This document shows positions 36,826 to 49,264 of a stretch of DNA of 64,000 nucleotides, piece after piece. Position 1 is the stretch's first letter. Each line of letters begins with the position of its first letter. This DNA comes from Paraspadella gotoi (lineage: Eukaryota > Animalia > Chaetognatha): NCBI GenBank assembly GCA_051294375.1, contig CM119266.1, positions 3,639,098 to 3,703,097 of the forward strand. The letters run 5' to 3'. Made by a program: the position numbers and the translations under genes. Below the pieces are notes generated by a model, which was not told the origin of the DNA, did not search any database, and was given only the letters and a program-made list of their open reading frames with translations.

Positions 36826-37600
36826 ATTTTTATCGTCGCAATCGCTTAGCGTTTGCGACGATATTGTAACGCTTTTGCGCATAAGTGGCGTCGGCGTTGT
36901 CGATCCAAATTATAGATCGCCTTTTTTATGATTAAATTTGGGTGTATGAAGCTGAAAATGTACATACAGCTTCTCATCATCGATGTGCTTAAAATTGAGT
37001 CTGGACAGTTATTAAATGTTTTGTTTACGTTTTATCAAAACAAACAAATTTTCTCTTTTATTTTTATATTTCTTTCTCTCTCTTTTTTCTTTTAATTACA
37101 TGTCTTTCTCCCTCTCTCTTTTCCCTAGTCTGATTCATATAGAAGGGGGGGAAAAAAACGAGTCTGCAGCTAGCTCTGCAGGGGCTTATTCTTTTTCTCT
37201 CTTTTCTCCTGCTGCTGCCTTTTGATTTCTTTCTTTTTCTCTCTCTCTCTCTCTGTGATTATTTTTTTCCTTCTAAAAACTTTTATTATCGTCATTTATA
37301 CCCAAATTTATATCCGATTTTTTTTTTGTTTTTTTTTTTGTTTTGTTTTTTTAGATTTTCGTGGATTTTTTTTCTAAATATCAATCGGAATAATATTTTT
37401 TTTAATATATATTTATTTTATTGTTTTATTTTACTTTACTTCATATTACTTCACTTTAGTCTTTACTTCACTTCGTCAGTCTGATTCTAGTTTCACTGTC
37501 TTTTGTCTGGGAATGCTGACAGTGTTTAGAGAGGTCGCATTCGATCAAACTGCTAAAAGTAAAACAAAAGTACCTTCAATAATGTCTTTCCATATGTCAA
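36826..37600 (+). mobile_element. Helentron/HINE-like element, family B
   Basis: 5' end tttttATCGTCGCAA-tcgcttagcgt-TTGCGACGAT followed by a CGTCGG/CGTTGT microsatellite; highly similar to 57755-58485. Confidence 0.75.
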
Positions 37601-37769
37601 CTGCTGTTAGCTTTTCATAAGCATTAAGAAGTCGCGACTATAATTATAAACTTTAAATGACAACCTTCATGTCTGCAATTTTAGATGTATTTGTTAAAGC
37701 ATTTTGATTAAATATGTATAAAAATGTAATTTTTTGATAGATATTCTTTGCTCTCATTTCAAAAACGAT

Positions 37770-39821
37770 ATGAAAATGACTGGGAAAACTCATTACATTA
37801 ATTCTGATTTTCTTAAAAAGATTGGCCAAGCAGAATGTGATGCCGTGGCATCATCTCATTCAGAGATGTATGTGAACATGAAAAATCAATCTATTCTCAC
37901 TGATGCTGTGCACCGTGTACACACATCTCATCATGGCATAGATGGAAAGGAATTTCCTGATCGTTTTTACCCAAATGTCCAAACTTGCTGGGATGCTTTT
38001 CTTCGGGGTTTGTCAGTGACAAAGGATGGACGATGCTATGGCGTTTACTCTGCTAATTTAGATGACTGGGTCTACATTTCCTACGAGAAGTTATATGAAA
38101 AAGTCGGTTTAATCACTAGTGCTCTTGTTACTCTTGGCGTTCCACAGTCCAATGATACTGCAATCGGCATTTTCTCCAAGAACTGTCTTGAATGGAATAC
38201 ACTGGAGTATACATGTTATGCCAATTCCATGATGGTTACTCCACTTTACGACACGTTTGGAGAAGAAGCTGTTCTCAATATAGTTTATGAAACTCAGATG
38301 CCTTTTGTTTTTTGTGGAGATAATCAAAAAGCTATGATGATTGTAAGACACAAGGCAAAATTTCCACATTTGAAGGTCTTAGCAACTAAAGACTGTGTGT
38401 CATTGGAAATATCTGCGGAGGCTGAGATGCACAAAGGGTTTAGAGTGCTCAGTTTTGATGAACTCGAATGCATTGGCCAAGAAAATTGTTGTGTCTTTAA
38501 GCCTCCAAAAAAAGAGGATGTTGCTGTATTAATGTATACAAGTGGTACTACAGGAATGCCCAAAGGTGTTTTATTAAGCCATGACAACATCATCTTTGCC
38601 ACACACATGTGGTATTTTGTTATTAACAAAGGCCCTCATGGGTCTATATCGCTTTCTTCACAACATTGTATCTTAACCTGTCTTCCAAAAGCACATTTGT
38701 TGGCGTTAATTACGGAGTTGCACATTATTATGGCTGGAGGTCGTGTGGCTCTTTTCCGGGGGGATATCAAGATGGTGTTGGAGGACTTGCAAAGAATCCA
38801 GCCAAATGCTTTTCCTCTTGTACCAACTTTACTCAACCGCATCTATAATCGGGTTATGCAAGAGGTTGGAAAGAATTGGATCAAAAATAAGATATTCGAA
38901 TGGGCAATCTCTAAAAAATTGAGTTGGTATGCTAATGGTCAGATTTCCAACGATACCTGGCTTGATTACTTTCTGTTTTCGACAATACAAAAATTGCTGG
39001 GTGGAAAGATGCAGGTCATTGTCACTGGATCGGCGCCAATTGACCGTAAAGTTCTTGCTTTTGCACGTGGCGTTTTAGGGTGCTATGTGATTGAAGCTTA
39101 TGGTCAGACAGAGACAAGTGGTGCTAATGTCGTTTCCTTGCCACTTGATTGCAGCCTCGATGGGCATGTCGGAGCACCTCTTCCAAACATGTATGTCAAA
39201 CTTATCGACGTACCTGAAATGGGTTACTTCAAAGATAATGATCAAGGAGAAATCTGTATCAAAGGCCGCTGCAATTTTAAAGGATACTTTAAAAGACCAG
39301 AATTAATTGCACAGGCGATTGACAATGAAGGATGGGTCCATACTGGAGATATTGGCCAGTGGCTTTCAAATGGTGCCCTTAAAATTATTGATCGGAGAAA
39401 AAACATATTTAAACTGGTTCAAGGAGAGTACATAGCCCCTGAGAAAATTGAACAGGTTTACAATTTGTCCCCTTGGGTAGAACAGGTCTTCGTCGATGGC
39501 AGATCTACTGAAAGCTTCTGTGTTGGTGTTGTTGTTGCCAACCAAAGTCATGTTGAGTCATGGGCAAAAAACAATGGCATCGAGGGCAATTTTGCCGAGC
39601 TTATTACCAATGAGATCATTGAAAAGGAGCTCTTGAATGAATTAAACAAATTAGGAAAGGCCAAGCACCTCAATGGGTTGGAATTGATTAAAAAATTGAA
39701 AATCGTTCAAGAACCATTTACAGTTTTAAATGGACTGTTGACCCCCACGCTGAAACTCAAGCGATTTTCTTTACGCAAACATTTTGAGGAAACAATTAAT
39801 GGCCTGTATGTAACGCAATAA
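37770..39821 (+). CDS. ACSL: Long-chain fatty acid-CoA ligase (ACSL1/5/6-like), single coding exon
   Basis: AMP-binding motif YTSGTTGMPKG, plus EAYGQTE, GWVHTGDIG, KIIDRRKNIFKL.QGEYIAPEKIE and LLTPTLKLKR. First in-frame ATG at 37770; a possible acceptor at 37740 allows an upstream exon. Confidence 0.95.
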   Translation: MKMTGKTHYINSDFLKKIGQAECDAVASSHSEMYVNMKNQSILTDAVHRVHTSHHGIDGKEFPDRFYPNVQTCWDAFLRGLSVTKDGRCYGVYSANLDDWVYISYEKLYEKVGLITSALVTLGVPQSNDTAIGIFSKNCLEWNTLEYTCYANSMMVTPLYDTFGEEAVLNIVYETQMPFVFCGDNQKAMMIVRHKAKFPHLKVLATKDCVSLEISAEAEMHKGFRVLSFDELECIGQENCCVFKPPKKEDVAVLMYTSGTTGMPKGVLLSHDNIIFATHMWYFVINKGPHGSISLSSQHCILTCLPKAHLLALITELHIIMAGGRVALFRGDIKMVLEDLQRIQPNAFPLVPTLLNRIYNRVMQEVGKNWIKNKIFEWAISKKLSWYANGQISNDTWLDYFLFSTIQKLLGGKMQVIVTGSAPIDRKVLAFARGVLGCYVIEAYGQTETSGANVVSLPLDCSLDGHVGAPLPNMYVKLIDVPEMGYFKDNDQGEICIKGRCNFKGYFKRPELIAQAIDNEGWVHTGDIGQWLSNGALKIIDRRKNIFKLVQGEYIAPEKIEQVYNLSPWVEQVFVDGRSTESFCVGVVVANQSHVESWAKNNGIEGNFAELITNEIIEKELLNELNKLGKAKHLNGLELIKKLKIVQEPFTVLNGLLTPTLKLKRFSLRKHFEETINGLYVTQ

Positions 39822-39962
39822 TACAAAAATCTATAACATTAAAGTGCTAAAGTTTTTCGCTGGTAATCATCATTTTATGGGTTCTATTAATAGTAGTCGA
39901 TTTCTAATATTAATTTTTATGCTAATTCATTATATTGTCATACTGAAGCACTTAAATGTATA

Positions 39963-40326
39963 AAACCAGTTTGAGCAAACCATGCCGGATCTGCAATGAT
40001 AATTAGTGGCAAGCAGCTCGTCATATAATCAATCGATCGAACAATTAAATGATTAATTATTTATTATCTGATCTAAATAATTATCTGATCTGCTGCTTAC
40101 TGTTAATTAATTCAATAATTGATAAATTAATTAATTTAACTTACATTTAATATAAAAGAAAAATAATTGAACTTGGAAAATTTCTTCGAAATTTAAGCTA
40201 ATGGGGGACTGACATATTATTTTGCATAATTTATTATTCGATATTCTGACATTGTCTGAGCAACTGGGTTGGACCAACAAAGTAAATTATAGAGCCTGAA
40301 TCTTCTGTATGCAGACTTGGCTAAAA
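39963..40326 (-). mobile_element. Internally deleted family A Helentron-like element
   Basis: Both ends are recognisable: gtttgagcaaac..ccggatctgc and aattatagagc..gcagacttggctaaaaa. Confidence 0.65.
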
Positions 40327-40449
40327 ATGGTAAGAACTTTTTTTTGAATTTTCAAGAACCAATTCTAATAGATGGAGGTTATTATTACAACTTAAAAATT
40401 TTGATGATAAATTGTTTATCCCGTTTCCCTGACGCTTGTCTTTATCCTT

Positions 40450-40868
40450 TACGTTGAGGCACGGGGATGAACAGGAGATCTGGGTTAGGGTTGGGGGAGA
40501 GTCCGCGGATGATGCTCGGGTTAGGGTTTTGGCTCGGCATAAGACAGGAGGCTAGGGTTAGGGCTAGGGAAGTGGCTTGCTTGTTATGTCGCAAGCTGGG
40601 GAAACTGGTTCGGCTAAGGTTTTGGATCGGGGCCCGGGTTAGTGGGAGGCTCGCTGGCGATGTGCACATAAAGGCCAAGGGGTGAGCGCCAATGGCCAGA
40701 TGAGCCCTAAACCTAATTCATTCCCATGGCTCGTGACATCACCAATGAGCCACTTCCCTAGTTCTAACTATGGCCTCCTGTCTTATGCTGAGCCAAAACC
40801 CTAACCCTAGTGTTACCCGCGGGCCTCTCCCCAAACCTATCTCCAATTTATCCCTGTGCCTCAACGTC
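40450..40868. mobile_element. GC-rich MITE with ~125-bp TIRs containing TTAGGG motifs
   Basis: acgttgaggcacgggga...cataagacaggaggc...ggaagtggct vs agccacttcc...gcctcctgtcttatg...tccctgtgcctcaacgt; related sequence at 51950-52200. Confidence 0.78.
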
Positions 40869-43800
40869 AGCAGCGAGTCTTTTCTCGTGCCTTTTATTCA
40901 CTAATATTATATTTTATCATTGGCATAGTCGCCAGTGAGGTAATAGTGACACCGCCAGAGCCCTGGCGATGTCGCCAACCAACCAACCAACCAACCAACC
41001 TCATGCGTGAATCGCCGGCGACATCGCTATTTCAATGAACTACAATAAAGTTTTTATTCTATATAAAATATTAATAAAGCTAGTTTTAATGCAAGTTAAA
41101 ATAAATAATTTAATTTACATTATTAATATAAATAAAAAATTATGAATTTAAAAAAGATTAAAAAATATAAGTTTAAAATATAAATTAAAATTAATTTAAT
41201 TTAAAAAAATGATTGTAAATTTAAAAAAATAAATTTTAAAAAAATATCAAAAATTATATAAATTTAAAAAATAATATAAAAAGTATGTTTAAAAAGTAGT
41301 ATACATTAAAATATTAATATAAATTTAAAAAATAATATTAATTTAAAATTAATATAAGTTTAAACCCATGCAATTTTAATGTATTGGTGCAGACACTGGT
41401 ATAAAGTTTGTTCATTTGCGCTGATGATCCAAAACTTATTTGAAACCTGTATACAAAATTAAAATCTTTTTTGTTAAAAAAAGATAATATTAATCTAAAT
41501 ATTAATCTAAATATTATATTTGATACTACAGATTTTTGGTGAGATATTTATACCCTGTGTCCGTTCACGAGTAACACAAAAAAATACTTACTATTTCTCA
41601 TTGGTTTAGTATTTTCCTCTCATCTTGTAGCAAAGTACTGGACGGTTATTATGTCCTAATTTCATAAAATTAATTTAATATTTAAAGAACCCTTTTTAAC
41701 GATCATCCAATTTCTTTTTCTATAAAATATTAATTTTTTAAAAAAGTTACTATAAATTAAGTACTTATTAAATACTATAAATTATTAAATTAAATTATTA
41801 AATATTGAAACAGATACACCATTCTTACAGTATAAAATAATTATTCGCGACAGTCAAGACATGCTCAGGACAGCATTCTTTCGATTTGGATGAACTACAA
41901 AGAAAATTTAAGATTTACAAGTTAACAACATAATTAAAAAATCATTACTCAAAAATTACTAAATTTACGAGAATTCAGATATGCCATTGAATAGACCATG
42001 GTTAAGGATTTTTTATGGTGTAAAATGTTTCTTCCCTGTTATAAAGAACATGCTTAGAATGGTCTTTTTTCGTTAACTTTACTATGTTAGATAAAAAATT
42101 CAACTTAAAATAATAGTAAACGTCCAGTACTAAAGATGCACTTATGAATTATCTTTATTAAATAAGCCAAAGGGGGCATTCTTTCCCAGAATACCCTATT
42201 TTATCTTAAATTTGGAATTTAATTTTTTTATTAAAGGTTTGATTAAAAATTAAGGATTAGGTTAGTGATTAAAGTTAGGGACCTGGTTTGTGATTAGGGT
42301 TCAGGATTTAGTTTTATTTTGCAGATTTTACTATTTTTTAATATCTACCACTTATCACTTTTAAATTCGATTTTTGTTTCAATAAAACTTTGAAAACCGT
42401 TCTCGCTTGAATTAGTTTTTAGTGGGATTTTAGTGGTATCGGTTTGAAATATGCTTTCTGATATTTTTTTGATATTGGGAAATTATCATTATATTGTTCA
42501 AAGAAGCTTATTATTAACTTTACTGTATTGTGCAAACGTTATTTCTGTTTTTACATTTAAAATTTAATTCATTCCTATTTTATAATTTTTTTCAGTTATT
42601 TTATTTTATTTTTTTTTGTCTTTAGTAATTTGGTCTTCCATTTTGATTATGAAATAAAATTATTTCAATTTTCCATGAAACTCTTTCAAAAGCGCAAGTC
42701 TTTGGAGGGCTTTTTACTTAATTTAGAAGCGGAACATAATAGAGAACAGGTATCAGGAATTAACAAGTTTTTTTGTTTCTCTTTTTATTTGCTATATGCA
42801 TGGATATTGGATAATATTTAAAAGTTAGTTAGAATTAAGATTTAGGATAGGAGCCGACGTCGTTCCTAGAGATGGAGGAAGATATTTTCAATGGAGATTT
42901 TTGTTCAAATCTGACTACCAAACAATATAAACGTTCTTGTAAAAAATTTCGGTAAAAAATTGATGTAAAAATATTTGATTCCGATCCTGTTGCATCTGAA
43001 GGGTTTGCATTTTTTTTGTCTTGTCAAATCATCAACATCTTGATATCAAACAAGCCAGAACAAATACTGCTTCTGGACGAAAAAATTTTCTATCTTTGAT
43101 TTTATATAGAAATGAAAGGTATTTTTTTCCTTGAAAACGATATAAACGTGACTGAGGTATGTTCCTGTTCAACAAATAACGTCAAATTCAGGAATCCTCT
43201 GGCTAAGTGTCTGAAGGGCTCTCAAAATTTTTCTTTATATTTTATTTGGTTATTTTAATATGATATGATCATGGTAAAAGTAAAAGTAGGGGGAAACTAA
43301 CTCTGTAATAAAATTTTTTAATATTATTCCATACTCCATATATTAATTTTTTAATATTTATTTATAAATAGGAAAGGCTAAAATTTTTTTTCGGATTTTT
43401 TTATTTTTAAGATCAGATTCAGGGAGCTTGCAAAAAGTTGTCTACACAAAGTATAATTCTTTTTTCAATATTTTGATCATAAGTGTGTGAAAAATATGAA
43501 AAACATTATTTTATTACTTTTTCTTAATTTTGACCAAGAAAACCAAAAAATTTTTGAAAGTTGTAGTTAAATTTTTTATTTAACTTTTTATGCTCTATCA
43601 GAATCCATCAAAAAAAGTTAAGATTGATTAAAAAATGTTTTATCATTATATAGTAATATTGTAATTTTAATAGCAACAATAAAAGCATTAAAATCGAACT
43701 TTTTTTAAAAATTCTTTTTTTACCTAAAAGTAGACTTCAAGACTTAAGTTTTGAACCCCCGCCCCTATTGAATCTAATTTCATAGTAGATTTCTAGTAAA

Positions 43801-46084
43801 AGAAGAGTTAATTTTTTAACCGGGAGTCAGATTCGGGAAAGATCTATGGCGAAAATCTTTCAAAGAAGGGGTGGATTTTCTGAAGATTTTGCTTAATATT
43901 TTCTATATTTATGGTCGGATATTTTTGAAACTTAAAACTTGCAACATTGGCCGGTATAAGAATATATTAAAAAAACCTCTGGCTTTTTTCATCAGAGCTT
44001 AGTCCTATTTGGGAGTATTTTTGTAAATTATAGTAAAGAATTTCTGATTTTGATTTTTTATTAAATTTTAAATATACTTTGAACAATTTTTAAATAGTTC
44101 ATATGTTTTTTGTTGAATTTGGTTCTGTCAGGCATGTTAACAGTAAATACGTAGACAATCAATATTGAACCAACAATTTTTGGAAAGAACTATTTTTTTA
44201 AATTCGTTTTTAATTAACTATTATCAAGAATATTTAAGAGTAGCCCCTCATGGGTTAGTTTTAGGATGTAGCCCCAAAGTGTATTAAATCCCTTTCAACC
44301 CAGGGAGGACCCCCAGGGGGGCTTCTTTTATAGCAGGTGTAGCTTTACAATCCTGTAGCCCAAGGGGATCCATATTTATTTTATTCATATACCTGCTGCT
44401 GCTCCGTGTACTCGCGAAGCAACTCAAAAAGACACTTTGGTATCGGTCAGTTGGAATGTCTGTTTTGAGCTGACGTTGACAACGTACATGTTCGAAGAAG
44501 ACCTTCGAGCCTTTGATCGCCTCTTGGCAACGACGACGTCGAGGTTCTGGAGATTCTCGAGTTCGGATGGTTTCTTCTTCTCCGTCGAAGACAATCTCGT
44601 TGTTGGGCGCGCGTTGTCCGCTTCCCCGCCGATCCCGCACCCCACAGATTGTAATACTTGATAAAAAATTAACATAAAAAAGTTTTTTCTTATTTTGATT
44701 GTAATTTTTATTATATTAAGTGAATAAATTTTAAAAAATATATTTTTTATATTAACATATTTTCAAAAATAGATTTTTTAATTTTAACTATTTAAAATTT
44801 TATGGTGAATGTTTCAACTGTCTCATCCAAAAACAATCATTTTTAAAAAATATATTCTTTAAAGAATATTTTGAGGATTTATATTTCAACTTTTATAAAA
44901 CAACTTTCACTTCATCAAATCCTAGCCCTTGCGAAAACTACGAGAAATAAATTTTTTTTTTATTCTTTTCTAACTTAAACAGGAAACTGAATCATTAATC
45001 AAAGAAAATAATCAGTTATCAAACCAAGATGATCCATTTTGTTCAAATCGGAATATGAATAACGTTGACTTAGGTAACCTTAATTAATAGTCAAACAAAA
45101 TATTGTAATCTCAAACTTGGCCGTTGTCTACGGCATTCCTTATCCCTTGGTTTTCATATAAACCCTATTTCATCTTAAATTTCTAATTAAGTGAGTTTTA
45201 AGTACCCCTCAATGACTATAAAATCTAGGATAATGTTTTTTCAAAATTTTTTTGAAATAGAACGAAAAAGGGATGAACAATATGATGATGTTCCATTTCC
45301 TTGTTCAATTATGTGGAGTACGCGAACTAAGGTAATTGGAATTAAGAATTTACTTTTGGGTATATCCAGACACTGGATATTATTAAGTAAACTTCATTTT
45401 TACAAAATTTCTAAATTTTTGGAAATTTACTATTTTATAAGGATATTATTATACATGTATTGTATTTTGCGGTTCTGCTCTCTCTATTTTTAATTTACTA
45501 AAATAAATTTTTTTTTTCAGCTTATAACGATGTCATTTTTTATCAATTAATAATTTAATATAATAACTTGATAAAATATCGGCTTTTATCCTCGTGCTTC
45601 AATTTCGATGAATTTGGTACCCATCGACATAGAATTTTGTCTAGTTTGTTTATATAAAGTTTCAGTAAAAGTAACTTACAAAAAATGCCGCTTCCCGGGG
45701 GATCAACTTTTGCTGCTAAACACTCCTAGACACCCCGTAAAAGAAAATAGAAATAACCCATTTTTAAAACACAAAGAAATGAAAAATATATTGTAAAGTC
45801 TAAAAATTTGATCCAAGCCATTTTTTTAATTTAATTTTAAACTTTTATAATTTTTTATACAAAATAATGAGAAATTATCAATGACTTTGTCATTCTTTGT
45901 CATATTTTTCTTTCTTTATATCAATCACTCCTAGAGAACTCTAATTTGAATCCACTCTCATAAGCTTATGATTATTCGTTCTCAAGTTATTATTAAAAAA
46001 ATTATAACAATTTGGTAATTACTATTTTCATTTCTTATTTATTAATAAAAGGAAATGTAATAAGCTTAGCTTAACAAAAATTTT

Positions 46085-46400
46085 GTTTCAACAACGAGTT
46101 TTATTTATAATAAAAACATATATTTCGGCTTTGGTACAAGCTTTTATCAGCGCAATTTTTACATTTTGTTTGTGAGAATTGAAAAATTTCCTAATTATGA
46201 GAGAGCGAAAGAAAGAAAAAAAGAAAGAAAAAGGTCAAAGTTTCCAACAAAGAATTGAGAAAAGGACAGTGGTTAGAGCTGAGGACAGGGTCAGTTTAGA
46301 GCAGATAGAAAAAGTTTTTAAAAAGAAATGAAAATGGTCAGAGAGAGAGGGGGGAATAATACATTGTGTAATGTACAACTAAGATAGTTTTAAACTAAAT
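46085..46400 (-). mobile_element. Hammerhead-family (Penelope-like) element, degenerate copy
   Basis: Reverse complement resembles 36060-36375; motif gcg CTGATAA aagcttgtaccaaagcc GAAAT. Confidence 0.6.
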
Positions 46401-46778
46401 AGGAAAAATAAAATTATTAACAAATAATAATAAATGAAGAAAATAGGGATAGTGAAAGAGGAGATTTGTGAGGGATAGCTAAGTTAAAGTAATAGTAAAA
46501 ATATAAAAAAGACAGAGCTCAAAATTGAGCTGGCCCCCCCAGTTGCGCAGAAGAAAGGAATTACCGATGTGGTTGGGTCACGGGCGCGTCATGATCTGTG
46601 AGGACATCGATGGTGTTTATGATTGTTATATCGGGGAGGGTTCCTTGTGGAAATATCCCTAGGGCCACTTAAATGTCCCTAAGGCCTGATACGCCAGCCA
46701 AATGCCCTATTCTTGTCTGCTGACGAGGCCGACAGGTGTCTGTCTTGTTGAGTGGATGTCTTCCAGTGGGAATTAAGA

Positions 46779-47030
46779 CATTATGGCAACAGTGATGCCC
46801 ATTGGGTTGGGGCATCTCACTGTTGGCTTTGGGGGCTTATGACCCTCATCCGACAAGTATCCAGTCACTCGCGCGGTTACCGTAGGACGGTCTCGCTTTG
46901 CCAACGCTGAGGGATGTCGTTAGGACTGTGGATGGAACACAATACCTGGGATGGTGTGTTCCCCCTCTGAGCCAATGGTATTGGCTGAACAATCGTGGAC
47001 GTGAGGTGGTGTGAATATACTACCACAACA
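46779..47030 (-). mobile_element. Family H element
   Basis: Matches 11957-12212. Confidence 0.8.
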
Positions 47031-48335
47031 TGACCAAAAAAAGCGTAAAAATCCGGAATCTTTATTCCCCCTTGCCCGAAACTATTTTCTCTATAATAAC
47101 TTTTATTCACTGTTAAGGTAATTTTTGGATTACTATTTCTCGCGGCACTTATTTTTGTTGGACTGTTTGCAGTTGGTTCTGTCGCTTCATTGAAATGGGC
47201 AAACAGATCTTATGGTACAAAAGAACCTGGGCCAGTTCATTTAGGAGAGCTTAAATATGGCAAAAAAGTTAGTTTTATTGAGATTCCCAGTGAGTCATTT
47301 TGACTGATACAAATATGAATTAACAAATAACTTTGATTAGAATCAGTTTAAAACATGCTTAAAATGTTCGCTTAATTTGTCCAAAAAATTGTGTTGTCAT
47401 TAAAACTTTTAATTTACAAAGAAAATAAGAAATCGCTCAAAGGCTGAGCCGATTTTTATTTGCACCCCGAGTCACATGATAGCCTGATAATATGGTCGCA
47501 TGACCGAAAATTTATGTAATAGGGAGTTTTTTTAGCTAATACTTGTAATACACATGATTCATCCATCATCCTTGTTGTCTTGTGGACACATGTTCAGGAA
47601 GTTAATGTTCAAAGTTGGTGTTTACTTAGGCGACTTAGGACGTAGATACAAGAACCTTCCTTTTATTCGTGCTGGTGGTTCACCAGTCACTTTGCCCTCG
47701 CTTTGGATCAAACGGGTTTAGCACCTTAGCATCTTAATTCCCCAGGCGGCCACGATGATGATACAGAATAATTGTTATGAGTTAATGATAGAACCGTTCA
47801 ATATAAGCAGTCCCCTCAAAAAATTAGGATTTTTAAGGTCTTGCCTGTAAAACCGCTATGAGAAGCCCTTTCTTTTTGCACCGATATAAAATTTAGGCAG
47901 TTAAAAAGGTAATAAACTCGCCACTCCGACTAGTGAAATCTACTAATTCATTTAAAGAAAAAATGGGGTTATTTTTCAAAAGCGCACCATTTTTGTTCCT
48001 AATCCATGAACTGTGGATGACACCACACCGCTCAAGTGGCCAGACATTTTAGTAGAAGATTCTTGCTATGATCACTCTCTCTCCTTCTCCCTTACCTCTT
48101 TTTTCCAACGTTCGAATTTTAAGTCAAAAGAAAAAAATATTTATATCTCTTGAATGTTGTTTAAAGTCATGTCAAACATTTTTTTTTTCAGAAGTTTATT
48201 CTAACTTAACTTAGTTAACTTTAATAATTAATCTAATACCTAATATAAACCAAATTACTAATTTAAATCTTTAACCTTCTCTTAACCCTAATTCTTAATC
48301 CTTAACCGCTAATTTTTAAATTTTTAAAAATTTAT

Positions 48336-48622
48336 ATAGTAGGGCATTGCTATAAATTCACCCCGCCTATAAGCATGATATCTTCAGTCGTAACCCGGTG
48401 GCTTATTGAGTAATATTATCAGCTCATAACCTTTAGATACCGGGATTAATCCCTAATGGTAACTACCCTGCTGGAAGCGTTAGGACGATTGAAACTGCTT
48501 TAGGGGCCAAAAAAACCCTGGAAAGCCTAGTACCCATTCAATGGCTGCTGAAGTGTACAGAAGATAAGTACAGAGGTGGACAAAACTTAACGTCCTACCC
48601 TGTCTTAACTATTTAAGATACA
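48336..48622 (+). mobile_element. tRNA-Met(CAT)-related element (family M), longest copy
   Basis: ~50-bp leader, then A-box-like TGGCTTATTGAG, CTCATAA loop and a degenerate B box. Copies at 58919-59105 and 62811-62916. Confidence 0.7.
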
Positions 48623-49264
48623 TTAATAAAATGAGTGCAAAAAGATTTTTCTGTCTTTTTATTTACGTAATTAAACAAAATATTTTTTTAAGCAACTACA
48701 GGGCATTGTGGATGTTTTCAAAACATTGTCATTTTTTTGTGCGCGCATTACATCGCATAGGATGAAAGCCATACTTGTTGATATTTTTCAGTAGTCGTAT
48801 CTGAATATGAGGAGGGAGGGCCCCTGAGAAAAGAGAAAAAAAAAGAGAGAAGGGAAGAATTAAAAGAAGTTTGAGCACTGGAGAAATTTTCAGGGCAGAA
48901 AGTCGGTAATCGAAAACTAAAAACCAGTGGAGGGGCCCGCCATTTCTCTCGTTGCCCCTGAATATACTGATTATTAACTTTTTTATTTCAATCTAAATGG
49001 CTCACAGGGTAGTTAATGTATTCTTACTGTTTTAATACAACCTTTTTTTAGCAGATAAAGATTACAGAAACTTCAAGGTTTACTTCAACACCCAAGCACC
49101 TAAAATTGAAAAATTTTTCTTACTTTGATAATTAGTTTCCATCGTCCTAAAAATTGTTATCCAATAACAGTTTTAATATTTGAAAATTTAAAAATATCAA
49201 GAAATAAGGCGAATACTTTTGACCGAAATTCCAGGTGTAATTTTAACTCAAAATACCTGCCATA

